Virus record (IMG/VR): IMGVR_UViG_3300045988_136451 | DNA: 64,000 nucleotides | Reading direction: 5' to 3' (one strand) | DNA from: a virus | Shown: positions 26,985 to 36,280 of the stretch, piece after piece | How positions within the stretch are numbered: the first letter of the stretch is position 1 | How the letters are laid out: the number at the start of each line of letters is the position of its first letter | Translations under genes and position numbers: made by a program | Notes under the pieces: generated by a model | The model's database searches: none | Told to the model about the DNA's origin: nothing | Seen by the model: the letters and a program-made list of their open reading frames with translations, nothing else

Positions 26985-27350
26985 CTACACTCCCTGCTGC
27001 TCCATCATCCGCATAAGGCCCTCCATGGTGTCGGACGTGATGCACACGTCGTCCGCCTCCTGCGACTTGCGCCATTGGCGCATCTCAATCGACTTCTGGT
27101 AGCTGTCCGGGTGCTCGTAGGAAAGCCAGAAGTCCTTGTCCTCCCTATTATCGAGGAGTTCGCGCGCCCGTTCAAGACGCTTGGCGATGTCGAGCGCCGT
27201 GATCTGCACGACGTTCAGGTCTCCTTCGAGCATCCGCCGATGATAGGCCTGCTGGCACTGCGAGAAGGCGAGCGCGACACCTCGCGGCAGCTCGTCCTCG
27301 CTGCCAGTCAGGCCGATTATTTTTTTAGCGCGCCCGCCACCTCGGCGCAC
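26985..27350 (-). CDS. Tail assembly chaperone, frameshift extension (GT-like), made by -1 frameshifting from 27317..27720
   Basis: ORF in the -1 frame overlapping the 3' end of the upstream chaperone across an A7 slippery run (plus-strand T7 at 27320..27326). Confidence 0.5.
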   Translation of the reverse strand: MRRGGGRAKKIIGLTGSEDELPRGVALAFSQCQQAYHRRMLEGDLNVVQITALDIAKRLERARELLDNREDKDFWLSYEHPDSYQKSIEMRQWRKSQEADDVCITSDTMEGLMRMMEQQGV

Positions 27351-27720
27351 GACCTGCTCATGGCCTTGTACTCGTCGTAAAGGAACTCGACGACCGTGGC
27401 GTACCAGTTCTTCATCTGCTCCGCCTTGGTCGCGATGGGGTCTACCTCCGGCTGTATGCCGCCGAGCATCGACTGGCCGTCAACGCTCTGCACCGCCGCC
27501 GCGACGGTGTAGAGCTTCAGAGCGCTTATCTCGTTGCGGCAACCCACGTACTCGCGCGTGAGCTGCCCCACGCGCAGCTCCTCGCCCTGCGTGAGCGTCT
27601 TCAGCGCGATCTTGTGCCCCGCGTACTCAACGGTCTTCGTCATGGCCCCGACGTAAAGCAGCCCTAGGAAGGGCTGCTTGTATTCTTCGGGGAAGACCTC
27701 GCCGATAGCTTTCTCGGCCA
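27317..27720 (-). CDS. Tail assembly chaperone (gpG-like, about 134 aa from MAEKAIGEVF)
   Basis: Located between the tube and tape-measure genes. Ends ...AGALKK-stop inside the A7 run. Confidence 0.5.
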
Positions 27721-27741
27721 TTGTTCGTCCTCCCTGTCGCG

Positions 27742-28317
27742 TTAGTATGTGATGCCGCCTGCGGTGTCGCGCTCGGCGACGGTGAGCGTCTGCACGAGGC
27801 GGCGGGTGTACTTGATCTCGATGTCCACGGTCATCTCCATGGTGCGGCTCTCGAACGTCTCCGGCTGGATGCAGTTCGTGATGACCGCGCCTTCGTAGGT
27901 GATGACCCTCCAAAGGTTGTCGCTCGCGCCGCTACCGGCCCGCTCGAACTTCTTCACGAGGATGCGGTTGCCCGCCTTGCGCTGCGCCTCGAACACCTCG
28001 TAGATGTTCACGAGGCGGTTGGCCTCCGTGGGGCCGCCGAGCACGTTGGTGTTCTCCAACGCCGTCGCGATGCCCTCCTTTCCCCAGAGCTGCCATACGC
28101 GGCAGCGGATGGTGCCGGAGCCTTGCACGACGGGCGGAACGATCTCGACGGGGCAGAACGAGCCTACCGGGATGATGTCAACGGCGCTCGTGACGGCGGT
28201 GCCGGGGGTGTCGGTCGCCTGCGCCATGAAGCGCATGGGCTTGGTGGAACCCCCTTCGTCGCCGATGGCGATGAACGTGTTGCCGCCGCCTGCGACGCGT
28301 ACTTGGGAATCAGGCAT
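27742..28317 (-). CDS. Tail tube protein
   Basis: 191 aa, immediately downstream of the sheath gene. Confidence 0.5.
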   Translation of the reverse strand: MPDSQVRVAGGGNTFIAIGDEGGSTKPMRFMAQATDTPGTAVTSAVDIIPVGSFCPVEIVPPVVQGSGTIRCRVWQLWGKEGIATALENTNVLGGPTEANRLVNIYEVFEAQRKAGNRILVKKFERAGSGASDNLWRVITYEGAVITNCIQPETFESRTMEMTVDIEIKYTRRLVQTLTVAERDTAGGITY

Positions 28318-28330
28318 TTCTCACTCCTTC

Positions 28331-30262
28331 CTAGACTGCGGTGGTGCCGTTGATGGAGAACTTGATGTAGATGCGGTTGATGCCGTAGGTCGGCGTGTAC
28401 CCCAAGCTGATGTTCACCTGCGTGGGGTCGGTCGCATCCTGCTCCACCGACGGGTCGGTGTACTCGGTCAGGTACCCGTCGGTCTGCATGCGCGACAGGA
28501 GCGCGGCGGTGCTGGACTTGATGTCGAGGAGCACCTGCGCGGTGGCGACAGAGCCGATGAAGCCCGACGCGAACGCGCGGCGCAGCGACTTCACGATGTA
28601 GAGCTTGCACATCTGGATGTTCAGCTCGCGCTTGACGACGGACGCGGTGGACGTGGTGATTCCTTGGATGACCGTCATGGCCGCGTTGATGTAGTCGATG
28701 AACAGAAGGCCGTTGTTCACTTGGTTCGTCTTGACCGTGGTGGTGAACGTCTCGTTCGGGCCGTACAGCCCGAGCACCTTCTTGTGCGTGAGCGGGTTGT
28801 ACTGCGCCATGGATGACGCGAGACCGGCGACCGCCGCCGCGCCGTAGAAACCGGCGATTGCCTCGACCACGTTGGTCTGGCGGTTGCGGAACTGGAACGT
28901 CGCGGGCGAGACCAGCACGCAGTCCTCGCTCGCGATGGACTTCGCGTAGGCGATCATCTGGTCGGAGGTCACGGCCTCCTCGGTTCCGTCAGCGCCCATG
29001 AACGCTATGCGCTCGTCCGCGTTCTCCTTCATGGTGCGGATGTGCGCCTGCGCGGCGTTCCACACCTCCGGTGAGCCGGACACGGGGACAACGATGTCGA
29101 TTCCCGAGACCTTGGTAAGCTGCTCGAACGCGTCCTCGAACGACTGGACGGTGTAGGTCGCGGCGCTGCCGCCCTGCGTGGCCGGGTTGCACGCAGCCGC
29201 GTAGAAGCCCGACAGGCCGCACAGCGACGCGATGTAGATCGCGAGGGACAGCGGGGACTGCACGTTGCCCGCAGCGTCCCACGGCACGCCGTACACGTCG
29301 ATGCACTCGTTGTAGGACGCGAAGTACTGCGGTGCGGTGTAAGCGTCCCCCTTGTAGTTGTACGAAACGACAACGCGGTCGCCGCTGCGGATGCCGCAAT
29401 AGGCGTACGCGGCGTACATGTAGTTGCCCTTCGATTCGTCGAACGTCGGGATGCGGCTCGACGGCGTGCGCGATATGCGCCCCGTCTGGTAGTCCACAAC
29501 GAAGTCGATGCCCTCGACGTATCCGCCCTCGACCTGACCGCTGCCGTTGCCGTCCGGAGTGTCGCCGTAGGCGTTGCCGTCGGTCGCGCTGGACACGATG
29601 ACCACGGTGCTCTCGCCCGATTCGTCCTTCGACACGTAGGGATGGGAGAGCGTGTAGGCCGCCTCGCCGTTGAGCTGGACAGGCTCCGCCGTCGCCCAGT
29701 CGAACGATATGGACAGCTTGGTGTTGTTCGCCAGCGCCCCGCCGATCTTGGACGAGAACGTGCCCGTCTGGTAGTTGATGATGTAGTCGGTTCCCTCCAC
29801 GTAGTTCTTCGACTTGTCGTCCTTGACCACGACCGTACCGGCGATGACGAAGCCCTCGATGGGGTTGTTCTCGCCGTCGAAGAGGATGGAGAAGCTGGGC
29901 TGCGCGGAGAAATAGGTGTACTGCTTCTCCGTCACGGTATTCTTCGTGGTTGTGCTGCGCAGCAGCTTTCGCGCGATTGTCGCCTTCTGGTCTGCGCCCT
30001 GCACGACGGTGTAGTCCTGCTCGTTCACGAACTGAACGCCGCTGGACGCACTTGTGACGGTGTAGCTGTCGGCTATAACGCCCGCGTTGTTCAGCGGCAC
30101 AGCGGTCACGCCTTCGAGCGTGATCTGCTGCGTGGCCGTGCGGAAGCCGATTGCGGGGCCGACGAAAGCGACCACGGCGTTCCCACCCACTGTGGTATTC
30201 AGACGGGGGCCTTCTACTTCCTCCGTGTAGATACCCGGCAGCGAGTTGTTCAAATCAGCCAT
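28331..30262 (-). CDS. Contractile tail sheath protein (about 644 aa from MADLNNSLPGIYTEE)
   Basis: N-terminal LPGIYTEEV motif and size typical of tail sheaths. Followed by the tube gene. Confidence 0.6.
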   Translation of the reverse strand: MADLNNSLPGIYTEEVEGPRLNTTVGGNAVVAFVGPAIGFRTATQQITLEGVTAVPLNNAGVIADSYTVTSASSGVQFVNEQDYTVVQGADQKATIARKLLRSTTTKNTVTEKQYTYFSAQPSFSILFDGENNPIEGFVIAGTVVVKDDKSKNYVEGTDYIINYQTGTFSSKIGGALANNTKLSISFDWATAEPVQLNGEAAYTLSHPYVSKDESGESTVVIVSSATDGNAYGDTPDGNGSGQVEGGYVEGIDFVVDYQTGRISRTPSSRIPTFDESKGNYMYAAYAYCGIRSGDRVVVSYNYKGDAYTAPQYFASYNECIDVYGVPWDAAGNVQSPLSLAIYIASLCGLSGFYAAACNPATQGGSAATYTVQSFEDAFEQLTKVSGIDIVVPVSGSPEVWNAAQAHIRTMKENADERIAFMGADGTEEAVTSDQMIAYAKSIASEDCVLVSPATFQFRNRQTNVVEAIAGFYGAAAVAGLASSMAQYNPLTHKKVLGLYGPNETFTTTVKTNQVNNGLLFIDYINAAMTVIQGITTSTASVVKRELNIQMCKLYIVKSLRRAFASGFIGSVATAQVLLDIKSSTAALLSRMQTDGYLTEYTDPSVEQDATDPTQVNISLGYTPTYGINRIYIKFSINGTTAV

Positions 30263-30336
30263 GGGTACTCTCCTTCGATTGCTCGACATTGACAATGACC
30301 CCATTTTAGACGAGAAAGATGCCCTCCGCCATGCCC

Positions 30337-31026
30337 TTAGATCGCAGGCTCGACGAACATGCCCTCCTCCGCCTGCTTCTCGCCCGTGATTATCACGTCA
30401 AGCTCGTCGGCGTCTATCATGAGATGCAGCTTGATCTTCTCGATGAACGTGGGGTTCACGCGGTCGATGTAGTAGAACTCGCCGCGCACCTTGAACGAGA
30501 ACTGCTTGAACACCGTCACCAAGTCGTCGTCCCACGGAGTGCCCTTGCTGTCGTTGTTCGTCGTGTTCGATAGCGTCGCCATGTTAGGCTCTATGTTCAC
30601 GTACGGGTTGTCCCGCAGGCACTGGCGGTACTTCGGGTCGATTCCGATTCCGCTCACGATGCAGTCGGCGAGGATGGCACCCTCGACGGGGGAGTTCGCG
30701 TACACGTCGATGGTCACCCTGCCGCTGAAAACGTAGGCCGCAACGTCAACCCTGCCGCCGGTGCTCTTGTCGGTCACCATGACCCACTCGTTCGGGGCGG
30801 CTGGCTGGAAGTCCTCGTTCACGTATCCCACGCGGACGTAGGGCCACGCCTCGGCCACGATGGGGTAGTCCGATTCGACCTTCAGGTCTTTGTAGCCGTG
30901 GACGGCGACCATCTCGGGAGATTGCAGGAACTTCCTGATGCTGTCGGTCGCAGCCGTAAGGCAGCTGTAGAAGTACCCCACGTGCTTCGGCTCGTGCCAT
31001 ACCATGTGCCCGTCGTTACTCATCAA
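30337..31026 (-). CDS. Neck / tail terminator-region protein, 229 aa
   Basis: ORF between the intein-containing small protein and the sheath. Confidence 0.3.
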   Translation of the reverse strand: MMSNDGHMVWHEPKHVGYFYSCLTAATDSIRKFLQSPEMVAVHGYKDLKVESDYPIVAEAWPYVRVGYVNEDFQPAAPNEWVMVTDKSTGGRVDVAAYVFSGRVTIDVYANSPVEGAILADCIVSGIGIDPKYRQCLRDNPYVNIEPNMATLSNTTNNDSKGTPWDDDLVTVFKQFSFKVRGEFYYIDRVNPTFIEKIKLHLMIDADELDVIITGEKQAEEGMFVEPAI

Positions 31027-32635
31027 TCCACTCCATCATCCCGCCGACGAAGGCGTAGTCTATGTCCTCGCTGTGCATCGCTATCGCGTCGTCTATCGCG
31101 TCGGCGATGAACTGCACGGGGCCGTGGCCCGGATGCACCCAGCTCCTCGATTGGCGCGTCTCCGGCATAAGCTCGCCGTCCTGACCGCGCACCCAGTACG
31201 TCTTCTCGCCCTTGCGCCACTGGTTGATGTTCGTCACCTTGCGGAACACGAGCTGGCCGCCGATCACCATGGGGACGGTGTTGTGCGTGACTATGTAATC
31301 GTTCGTGACGTACAACCCGTCCGCACTATCGACGAGGATGCAACGGCACTCCTCGCGTCCGGAAAAGGAAACGCTCTTGAATCTCCTGCACCAACACTTT
31401 GCGCTCTGATGCGCAACGTTGTCAAGATAGCGCTTCAGCTTCTTTTCGTAAGGGGCGAGGAACGGCACAACGCCGTTGTCGAACCTCATCTCGACGATGT
31501 ACGCCACACCGTTTCGATATTTGCCGCTGCGCCTGTCCTCGTGAATATACGCATGGCCTCCGAGCGAAAGCGCTAGGCTCCGCACCTGCACCGCGAGGTC
31601 GCGGCACACCGTGGTGTACTGGCATATCGCACCGCGAGCGGCGCACGAGCCGTCCGTGTCCATGAGGCCCTGCAATAGAAGGACGCGATCTTCGACGCAC
31701 GAAAGCATGTACTCTTCTGGGATGGTCTTGCCGTATGCGTCATGCCCCCATAGTCCGAGCGACCTGAACGCATCTATGAGCGGCGATGTCGAATTGCCGC
31801 CGCGCCCCCAACGCGACGGCGCGGCATTGTAGCCGGGAGCGCCGCACGCCAACGCTATTCTAGCTCCATCTTCAGCGACCGCATGGGGGGTGACGCACTC
31901 CGGCACGAACCTCATGAACGTGTCGATGCCAGCCCCGTCATAACAGCAGAAGTACGGATACGGCCCCCGGAGGCATCCATCGCCTATCATCGCTCCGACA
32001 AAATATGGATGCAATGGAAGATCGCGCTTGTCGAACATGATCTTCGGGGCAAGACGGATGCGCCAGCTATCGCCGTGCGTCCTCCCTATCCTTCCCATGA
32101 AGTCTTCTAACGGCATCACCCGATCATCGACCCATGCCCCGTTGCGCCTGACAGACCATAAGTGCTCTTTCGTGCATCTTGTATGGCCGCCGTCCGTGAA
32201 CTCGACATCGTAAACGTCGCACATGCCCTGATCGTAAACATCGATCACCTTCACAGGCGCTCCGTCCGAGCCGATGACCAAGCATCCCGGCTCTATCTCC
32301 CCCATCGGCTTGAAGCCGTCGGGCGTGAGCACCGGCTCCGAGAGCGGCTGCGCCTTCCCGTACAGGCTCTTCATCGGGAACGTCTGGAAGCCGTTCTCTT
32401 GGTAGATGAGGTAGTGGTGCTCCGGCACGATGCCGACACCCGCGTAGCCAGCCGCGTAGTCGGGCGACGGGTAGAACGCCATCCTGCCGCCCTTGAACGT
32501 GGCGAATATGCCGCTTCCGTACTCCGCCGCGAGGTCGCATGCGGTCTCCGAAACCATGTCGAGCACGCGGTTCGCCAGACTTGTCCCGGTTAGGGGCATG
32601 TCGGCGTAAACGTCCTCGATCACTCGCTCGTCCAC
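31016..32635 (-). CDS. Small neck-region protein (about 205 aa after splicing) interrupted by a LAGLIDADG intein
   Basis: Hint N-block CLVIGSDGAPVKVIDV and block B GGHTRCTKEH. LAGLIDADG motifs FVGAMIGDGCL and LLQGLMDTDGSC. C-terminal ...YIVTHN followed by Thr. Confidence 0.5.
   Translation of the reverse strand: MDERVIEDVYADMPLTGTSLANRVLDMVSETACDLAAEYGSGIFATFKGGRMAFYPSPDYAAGYAGVGIVPEHHYLIYQENGFQTFPMKSLYGKAQPLSEPVLTPDGFKPMGEIEPGCLVIGSDGAPVKVIDVYDQGMCDVYDVEFTDGGHTRCTKEHLWSVRRNGAWVDDRVMPLEDFMGRIGRTHGDSWRIRLAPKIMFDKRDLPLHPYFVGAMIGDGCLRGPYPYFCCYDGAGIDTFMRFVPECVTPHAVAEDGARIALACGAPGYNAAPSRWGRGGNSTSPLIDAFRSLGLWGHDAYGKTIPEEYMLSCVEDRVLLLQGLMDTDGSCAARGAICQYTTVCRDLAVQVRSLALSLGGHAYIHEDRRSGKYRNGVAYIVEMRFDNGVVPFLAPYEKKLKRYLDNVAHQSAKCWCRRFKSVSFSGREECRCILVDSADGLYVTNDYIVTHNTVPMVIGGQLVFRKVTNINQWRKGEKTYWVRGQDGELMPETRQSRSWVHPGHGPVQFIADAIDDAIAMHSEDIDYAFVGGMMEWIDE
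31280..32284 (-). mobile_element. Intein (about 335 aa, LAGLIDADG homing endonuclease type) inside 31016..32635
   Basis: Boundaries from Cys1 (IEPG|C) to the terminal HN|T, counted by hand. Confidence 0.45.
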
Positions 32636-32645
32636 GGGGAGCCTC

Positions 32646-33359
32646 CTACGGCCAAGACGGCTCGGACTGCCACTTGCCGCCGCTCTGGTTGTCGGAGTTC
32701 ATGAGCTGCGGCGGGTCGCATACGTGGTCGCGCGACACCGTGAGCGAGTGCGGAGCGCCGCCCCACAGCTCGTCGGAATAGCGGAAGTCGGTAGGGAGCA
32801 GCAGCTTCGCCGTCCCGCTCTGCGACACGAGCATGCGCTGCAAGTTGGTCGTCATCTCGGTGTTGTTCGACGACACAACGCCCTGAATCGTCTGGTACTT
32901 CACGGGGCCGTCCAGCTGGAAGATGCGACCGCGAAGCGTCACGAGCGTGCCGGTCATCTCCAACACCTCGCACAGCAGGTCGCCGTCGTGGTAGATCGGC
33001 TCGACCGCCATCTTCACCGTAACGTCGAACTTCTCGCGCGTGCCGTGGTTGTCGTACTCGGTGTTGTCGCTGCCGTTCTCGTTCACCACCATGCGGCGCA
33101 TCTCCAAAGGGCGGTAGCCTCCGTCGAACGTCGTGCCGTAGCAGTTCGGGCAGTCGTTCGGTCGCTTCGACTGGTGGTTCACCTCGTCCCAGCAGACCGG
33201 GCAGCGCTTCACGAGGCCGTCCGCGAGGTCTTGCAGCGTCCACATGCGGCGCACGAGCCACGTTGAGCCGCACAGCCTCATGCCGTCCTCGACGGCCTTC
33301 CTCGTGTAGAGGACTTCGCGGGAGACGTGCCCCGCGTCCCAGTAGGCGACCCGTCCCAT
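32646..33359 (-). CDS. Neck/head-completion-like protein with zinc ribbon, 237 aa
   Basis: CPVCWDEV...CPNCYG four-Cys motif. Located downstream of the capsid genes. Confidence 0.3.
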   Translation of the reverse strand: MGRVAYWDAGHVSREVLYTRKAVEDGMRLCGSTWLVRRMWTLQDLADGLVKRCPVCWDEVNHQSKRPNDCPNCYGTTFDGGYRPLEMRRMVVNENGSDNTEYDNHGTREKFDVTVKMAVEPIYHDGDLLCEVLEMTGTLVTLRGRIFQLDGPVKYQTIQGVVSSNNTEMTTNLQRMLVSQSGTAKLLLPTDFRYSDELWGGAPHSLTVSRDHVCDPPQLMNSDNQSGGKWQSEPSWP

Positions 33360-33360
33360 C

Positions 33361-33933
33361 CTAGCGCCCCCACCAAGGCAGGGCCTTCTCGTAGGAGCGG
33401 AAGAAGGGCCATCCCAGAGAGGCGTAGGGGGTGGATGCCCAGTCGATGAGCGCGATGGTGTTGTGCGCCGCGCTCATGTCCTGAAGGACGGTGGACAGCT
33501 TCTTGCCCGCCTCCTTCAGCTGGTTCTGGTAGTCGGTCAGCACGGACTGCCAGCGGTTGAGGTAGTCGCGGCGCACCACGTCCGGCGCGCCGACGCGGGA
33601 CGTGTCCGGTATCTCGACGTAGCCGATTATGTACTGGCGTATTATCTCGATCTTCAAGGCGACCTCGAACGCCGCCGACAGGAATGGAACCGCCCACGGG
33701 AACGACTGCATGTCCCAGTTCGCGCTGGGGTGCATGCAGTACGTCATGAGGGTGCCGAGCGCCGCCGGGACGAGGGCAGCGTCAGCGTCGATGCTGTACG
33801 GCGTTACCTCTTCCAGAAACGGCCCCCAGTCGTTGTTGTCGAACTGCATGGTGAAGTAGGCGGCGACGTTGCGCACCGCCGACTGCGCGCCCTCCGGCAG
33901 GTCTGCGAACTTTATGCTTCCCTCTATCTCCAT
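33361..33933 (-). CDS. Head-tail connector/adaptor-like protein, 190 aa
   Basis: Position downstream of the major capsid protein. Confidence 0.3.
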   Translation of the reverse strand: MEIEGSIKFADLPEGAQSAVRNVAAYFTMQFDNNDWGPFLEEVTPYSIDADAALVPAALGTLMTYCMHPSANWDMQSFPWAVPFLSAAFEVALKIEIIRQYIIGYVEIPDTSRVGAPDVVRRDYLNRWQSVLTDYQNQLKEAGKKLSTVLQDMSAAHNTIALIDWASTPYASLGWPFFRSYEKALPWWGR

Positions 33934-33963
33934 GGTGCAGGCTCCTTCCCGCCGCGCCCAGAA

Positions 33964-34545
33964 CTACTCGTTGTCGAACACGGGACGCGCGTCTGCGGGC
34001 GCGAGGGGCGACGTGGCGGCCTCTGCGGGCTTGGAAGCGTCCGAACCCTCTCCTTCTGCGTTCCCCGCCTCTGCGGGCTTCACAGGTGCCTCTGCGGGCT
34101 TCTTGGCGGCCTTCTCGTCGGCCTTCTTCGCCGCCGCGCCGGTCTTCGTCCACTTCCCGTCGATCAGCTCGTAGTCGTCGGGATTCTCGTCCTTGTGGCG
34201 ACCGCAGAAGCGCGGAGCGTCCTCGTACCTCTCGCCCTCCGCGAGCTGCACGACGGCGTTGCACGGGTTGCCGTTCTTGAACACTCCGGGGCAGTGCACG
34301 GTGGTAAGAACCTCGGTGTCGCCCGCGTCGATGAGGTCGGCGACGGTCTCCTGCTCCTTCGCGGCCTTCGGCTTCTCGCCGTCCACGATCTCGACGTAGC
34401 CGAGCGACACGAGCGTTCTGATCGCAGTGTCGTCCTCCTTCGCGTCGATCAGCGCCACGGTCTCGCCGGGTGCGATCTGGCGCTGGCGCTTGCCGTCGTT
34501 GTAGGCGAAGTTCTGGAATGTCTTGGACACGTTCTTCAAAAACAT
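33964..34545 (-). CDS. Hypothetical protein with Lys/Ala/Pro/Glu-rich tail (about 194 aa from MFLKNVSK)
   Basis: ORF with a low-complexity C-terminus, located after the major capsid terminator. Confidence 0.3.
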   Translation of the reverse strand: MFLKNVSKTFQNFAYNDGKRQRQIAPGETVALIDAKEDDTAIRTLVSLGYVEIVDGEKPKAAKEQETVADLIDAGDTEVLTTVHCPGVFKNGNPCNAVVQLAEGERYEDAPRFCGRHKDENPDDYELIDGKWTKTGAAAKKADEKAAKKPAEAPVKPAEAGNAEGEGSDASKPAEAATSPLAPADARPVFDNE

Positions 34546-34628
34546 GGCTTTCTCCTTACTTGCGGGTTGACTTTCCCTTGGTTGCAAAGTCTACCTCAAA
34601 ACGGGAAGACGTGCGACATGCGCGGTGT

Positions 34629-34644
34629 CGATTAAATAATCGAG
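34629..34644. repeat. Copy of the perfect palindrome TCGATTAAATAATCGA (intergenic, downstream of the major capsid gene)
   Basis: 7-bp arms tcgatta/taatcga around a 2-bp centre. Confidence 0.5.
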
Positions 34645-34726
34645 GCCCTTGACAGGCCGTGCCCCCCCCCATAACGGTTCCTTCGGGCGGCCAGATCAAC
34701 ATAGTCAGGCTCCCGACACCGGCGTA

Positions 34727-34758
34727 AAAAAAAGAACCCCTCTCGCGAGGGGTTCTTC
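34727..34758 (-). terminator. Strong rho-independent terminator after the major capsid gene
   Basis: Hairpin gaacccctctcgcgaggggttc, followed on the minus strand by T8. Confidence 0.6.
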
Positions 34759-34769
34759 TCTTGCTGCGG

Positions 34770-35723
34770 TTAAGCTACATTCAAGTCCATGCGGACGACA
34801 CCGTAGGAGTTGGCGATGATCTCGTTGATGAGTTCGCTGTACACCCAGCCGATGGTGAAGTTCTCGGCCTTGGGGTTGTCCACGCCGTCGAGCTGCTTCA
34901 GAATCGGCATCCAGCCAAGATACTCCGGCTCCGGAACGAGGTAAATCTTGTTCATCGGGCAGATGATCGAGGTCATGATGGAGAAGCGGCCCATCTTGGT
35001 GATCGGCTTGCCGTCCATCACGTCGTCGAGGAACTTAACGCCCGTGGTGTCGAGCTTCCACTTGTACAGGTCGTTCGCCGTCGCCGGGTTCATGATGACG
35101 CGGTTGGACTGCAAGCGGTTCTGGATGGCGATCTTCTCGGCATCGTAGAACGCGCCGGGGTTGATCTCGCCGGTGACCGTGGTCACATGCGAGGTGAGGC
35201 CCGCCCAGTCCGGGTTTTCGGAGGTGATCTTGGACACGGCAGCGTCGAGCGAGGAGAACAGGTAGCCGTCCTCCTGCTCCATGATGCGCTGCTCGGCCTC
35301 GCCCTTGGCGTAGTCCACCATGTTGATGGCGAGCTTGTAGATGTCCTCCTCGGCGATCTGGGGGAACGCCGCGATGCGGATGACCTCGTAGCGTACGCGG
35401 TTGCCCTCGTACTGCGCGATCTTCACTTCGTTGTCGTGCGGTTGCAGCTTGTAGGCCGCGCCGAACTCGGTGGTGATGTCGTAGAACAGGCCAGCGCCCT
35501 GCGGCAGCGGGTCTTCCATCAGAACGGAGCGCACGATGCCCTCGTAGCGGAGACGCATGATGATCGGGCCTACCACGCCCTGCGCGACCTTGGTGGACGC
35601 GAGACGCATGTCGTGGCGGTTGTCCGTCAGAATCTTGTTGAGCGCCGCCTGACGCTTCGCGGGGGACGACGGTTTCGCACCCATCTCCGCGACGATCTCG
35701 GCGGAAGTCTTAGGCATTGCCAT
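34770..35723 (-). CDS. Major capsid protein (HK97-fold-like)
   Basis: 317 aa. Follows the scaffold and decoration-like genes and precedes a strong terminator. Composition typical of major capsid proteins. Confidence 0.5.
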   Translation of the reverse strand: MAMPKTSAEIVAEMGAKPSSPAKRQAALNKILTDNRHDMRLASTKVAQGVVGPIIMRLRYEGIVRSVLMEDPLPQGAGLFYDITTEFGAAYKLQPHDNEVKIAQYEGNRVRYEVIRIAAFPQIAEEDIYKLAINMVDYAKGEAEQRIMEQEDGYLFSSLDAAVSKITSENPDWAGLTSHVTTVTGEINPGAFYDAEKIAIQNRLQSNRVIMNPATANDLYKWKLDTTGVKFLDDVMDGKPITKMGRFSIMTSIICPMNKIYLVPEPEYLGWMPILKQLDGVDNPKAENFTIGWVYSELINEIIANSYGVVRMDLNVA

Positions 35724-35747
35724 TTCTCTGCACCTTCCCTTCTTATC

Positions 35748-36257
35748 TTAGCGGGCGAACGTGACGATGAGGGTGGAACCCTCCATGCCGAGCAGTTCGC
35801 AGATGGTGTTCTCGGTCTTGGTCTGCGGCGCGGTTTCGAGCGTCAGCAGGCCCTTGGCGTTGGACTTCAGGTAGACGTTCTTGCCAGCCTTCAGGTTGGC
35901 GATCTCCGCCGTCCAACCGGCGCCCGTGTCGTACGCCGGGGGATAGATGGCGAACTGGCTGTCTTCGCCGCCGACCCACACGCCCATCAGGTTGAGGCCG
36001 TTTTCGCGCACCTCGTCGATGTTCATGCCGGGAGCGCAGAAGCTGTCTGCGAGGCCGTAAGGGGCCTTCGTGCCGTCGCACAGGGTCACAACGCCGTTGC
36101 CGAGATAGGACATGACGCAGCCGGGGAGGATGTCTCCGGATGCGGCGGTGAACGTCGGGTCGAGCGTCATGGACTGGTTGGTGGCTTGGGTCTTCGCGTA
36201 CAGCGGCTTGATGGTGCGGTGCTGCAAGGGGTTGTTGGCAGGAACCATGAGTGCCAT
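35748..36257 (-). CDS. Capsid decoration/cement-like protein (about 170 aa from MALMVPANNPLQHRT), paralog of 42212..43123
   Basis: RBS aaaggag. N-terminal HRTIKPLYAKTQAT is shared with 42212..43123 (HRTLKPLFTKTQAT). Confidence 0.4.
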   Translation of the reverse strand: MALMVPANNPLQHRTIKPLYAKTQATNQSMTLDPTFTAASGDILPGCVMSYLGNGVVTLCDGTKAPYGLADSFCAPGMNIDEVRENGLNLMGVWVGGEDSQFAIYPPAYDTGAGWTAEIANLKAGKNVYLKSNAKGLLTLETAPQTKTENTICELLGMEGSTLIVTFAR

Positions 36258-36280
36258 AGTAACCACTCCTTTCTTTCGTC

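Noticed and set aside
27311-27330. ccgattattttttt at the chaperone frameshift site as a seventh copy of the AT-rich palindrome
   Set aside because: It shares only the first 9 nt and lacks the second TCGA half-site. It is better explained as the A7/T7 slippery sequence.
27317-27913. 198 aa track ORF overlapping the tail tube gene
   Set aside because: Its upstream part overlaps the tube gene in another frame. The chaperone most likely starts at MAEKAIGEVF (27720).
31016-32635. Extein of the fourth intein as a dUTPase/dCTP-deaminase-like enzyme (IEPG resembles IDPG)
   Set aside because: The other dUTPase/Dcd motifs could not be recognised, and the genomic context is structural. The extein is left unassigned.
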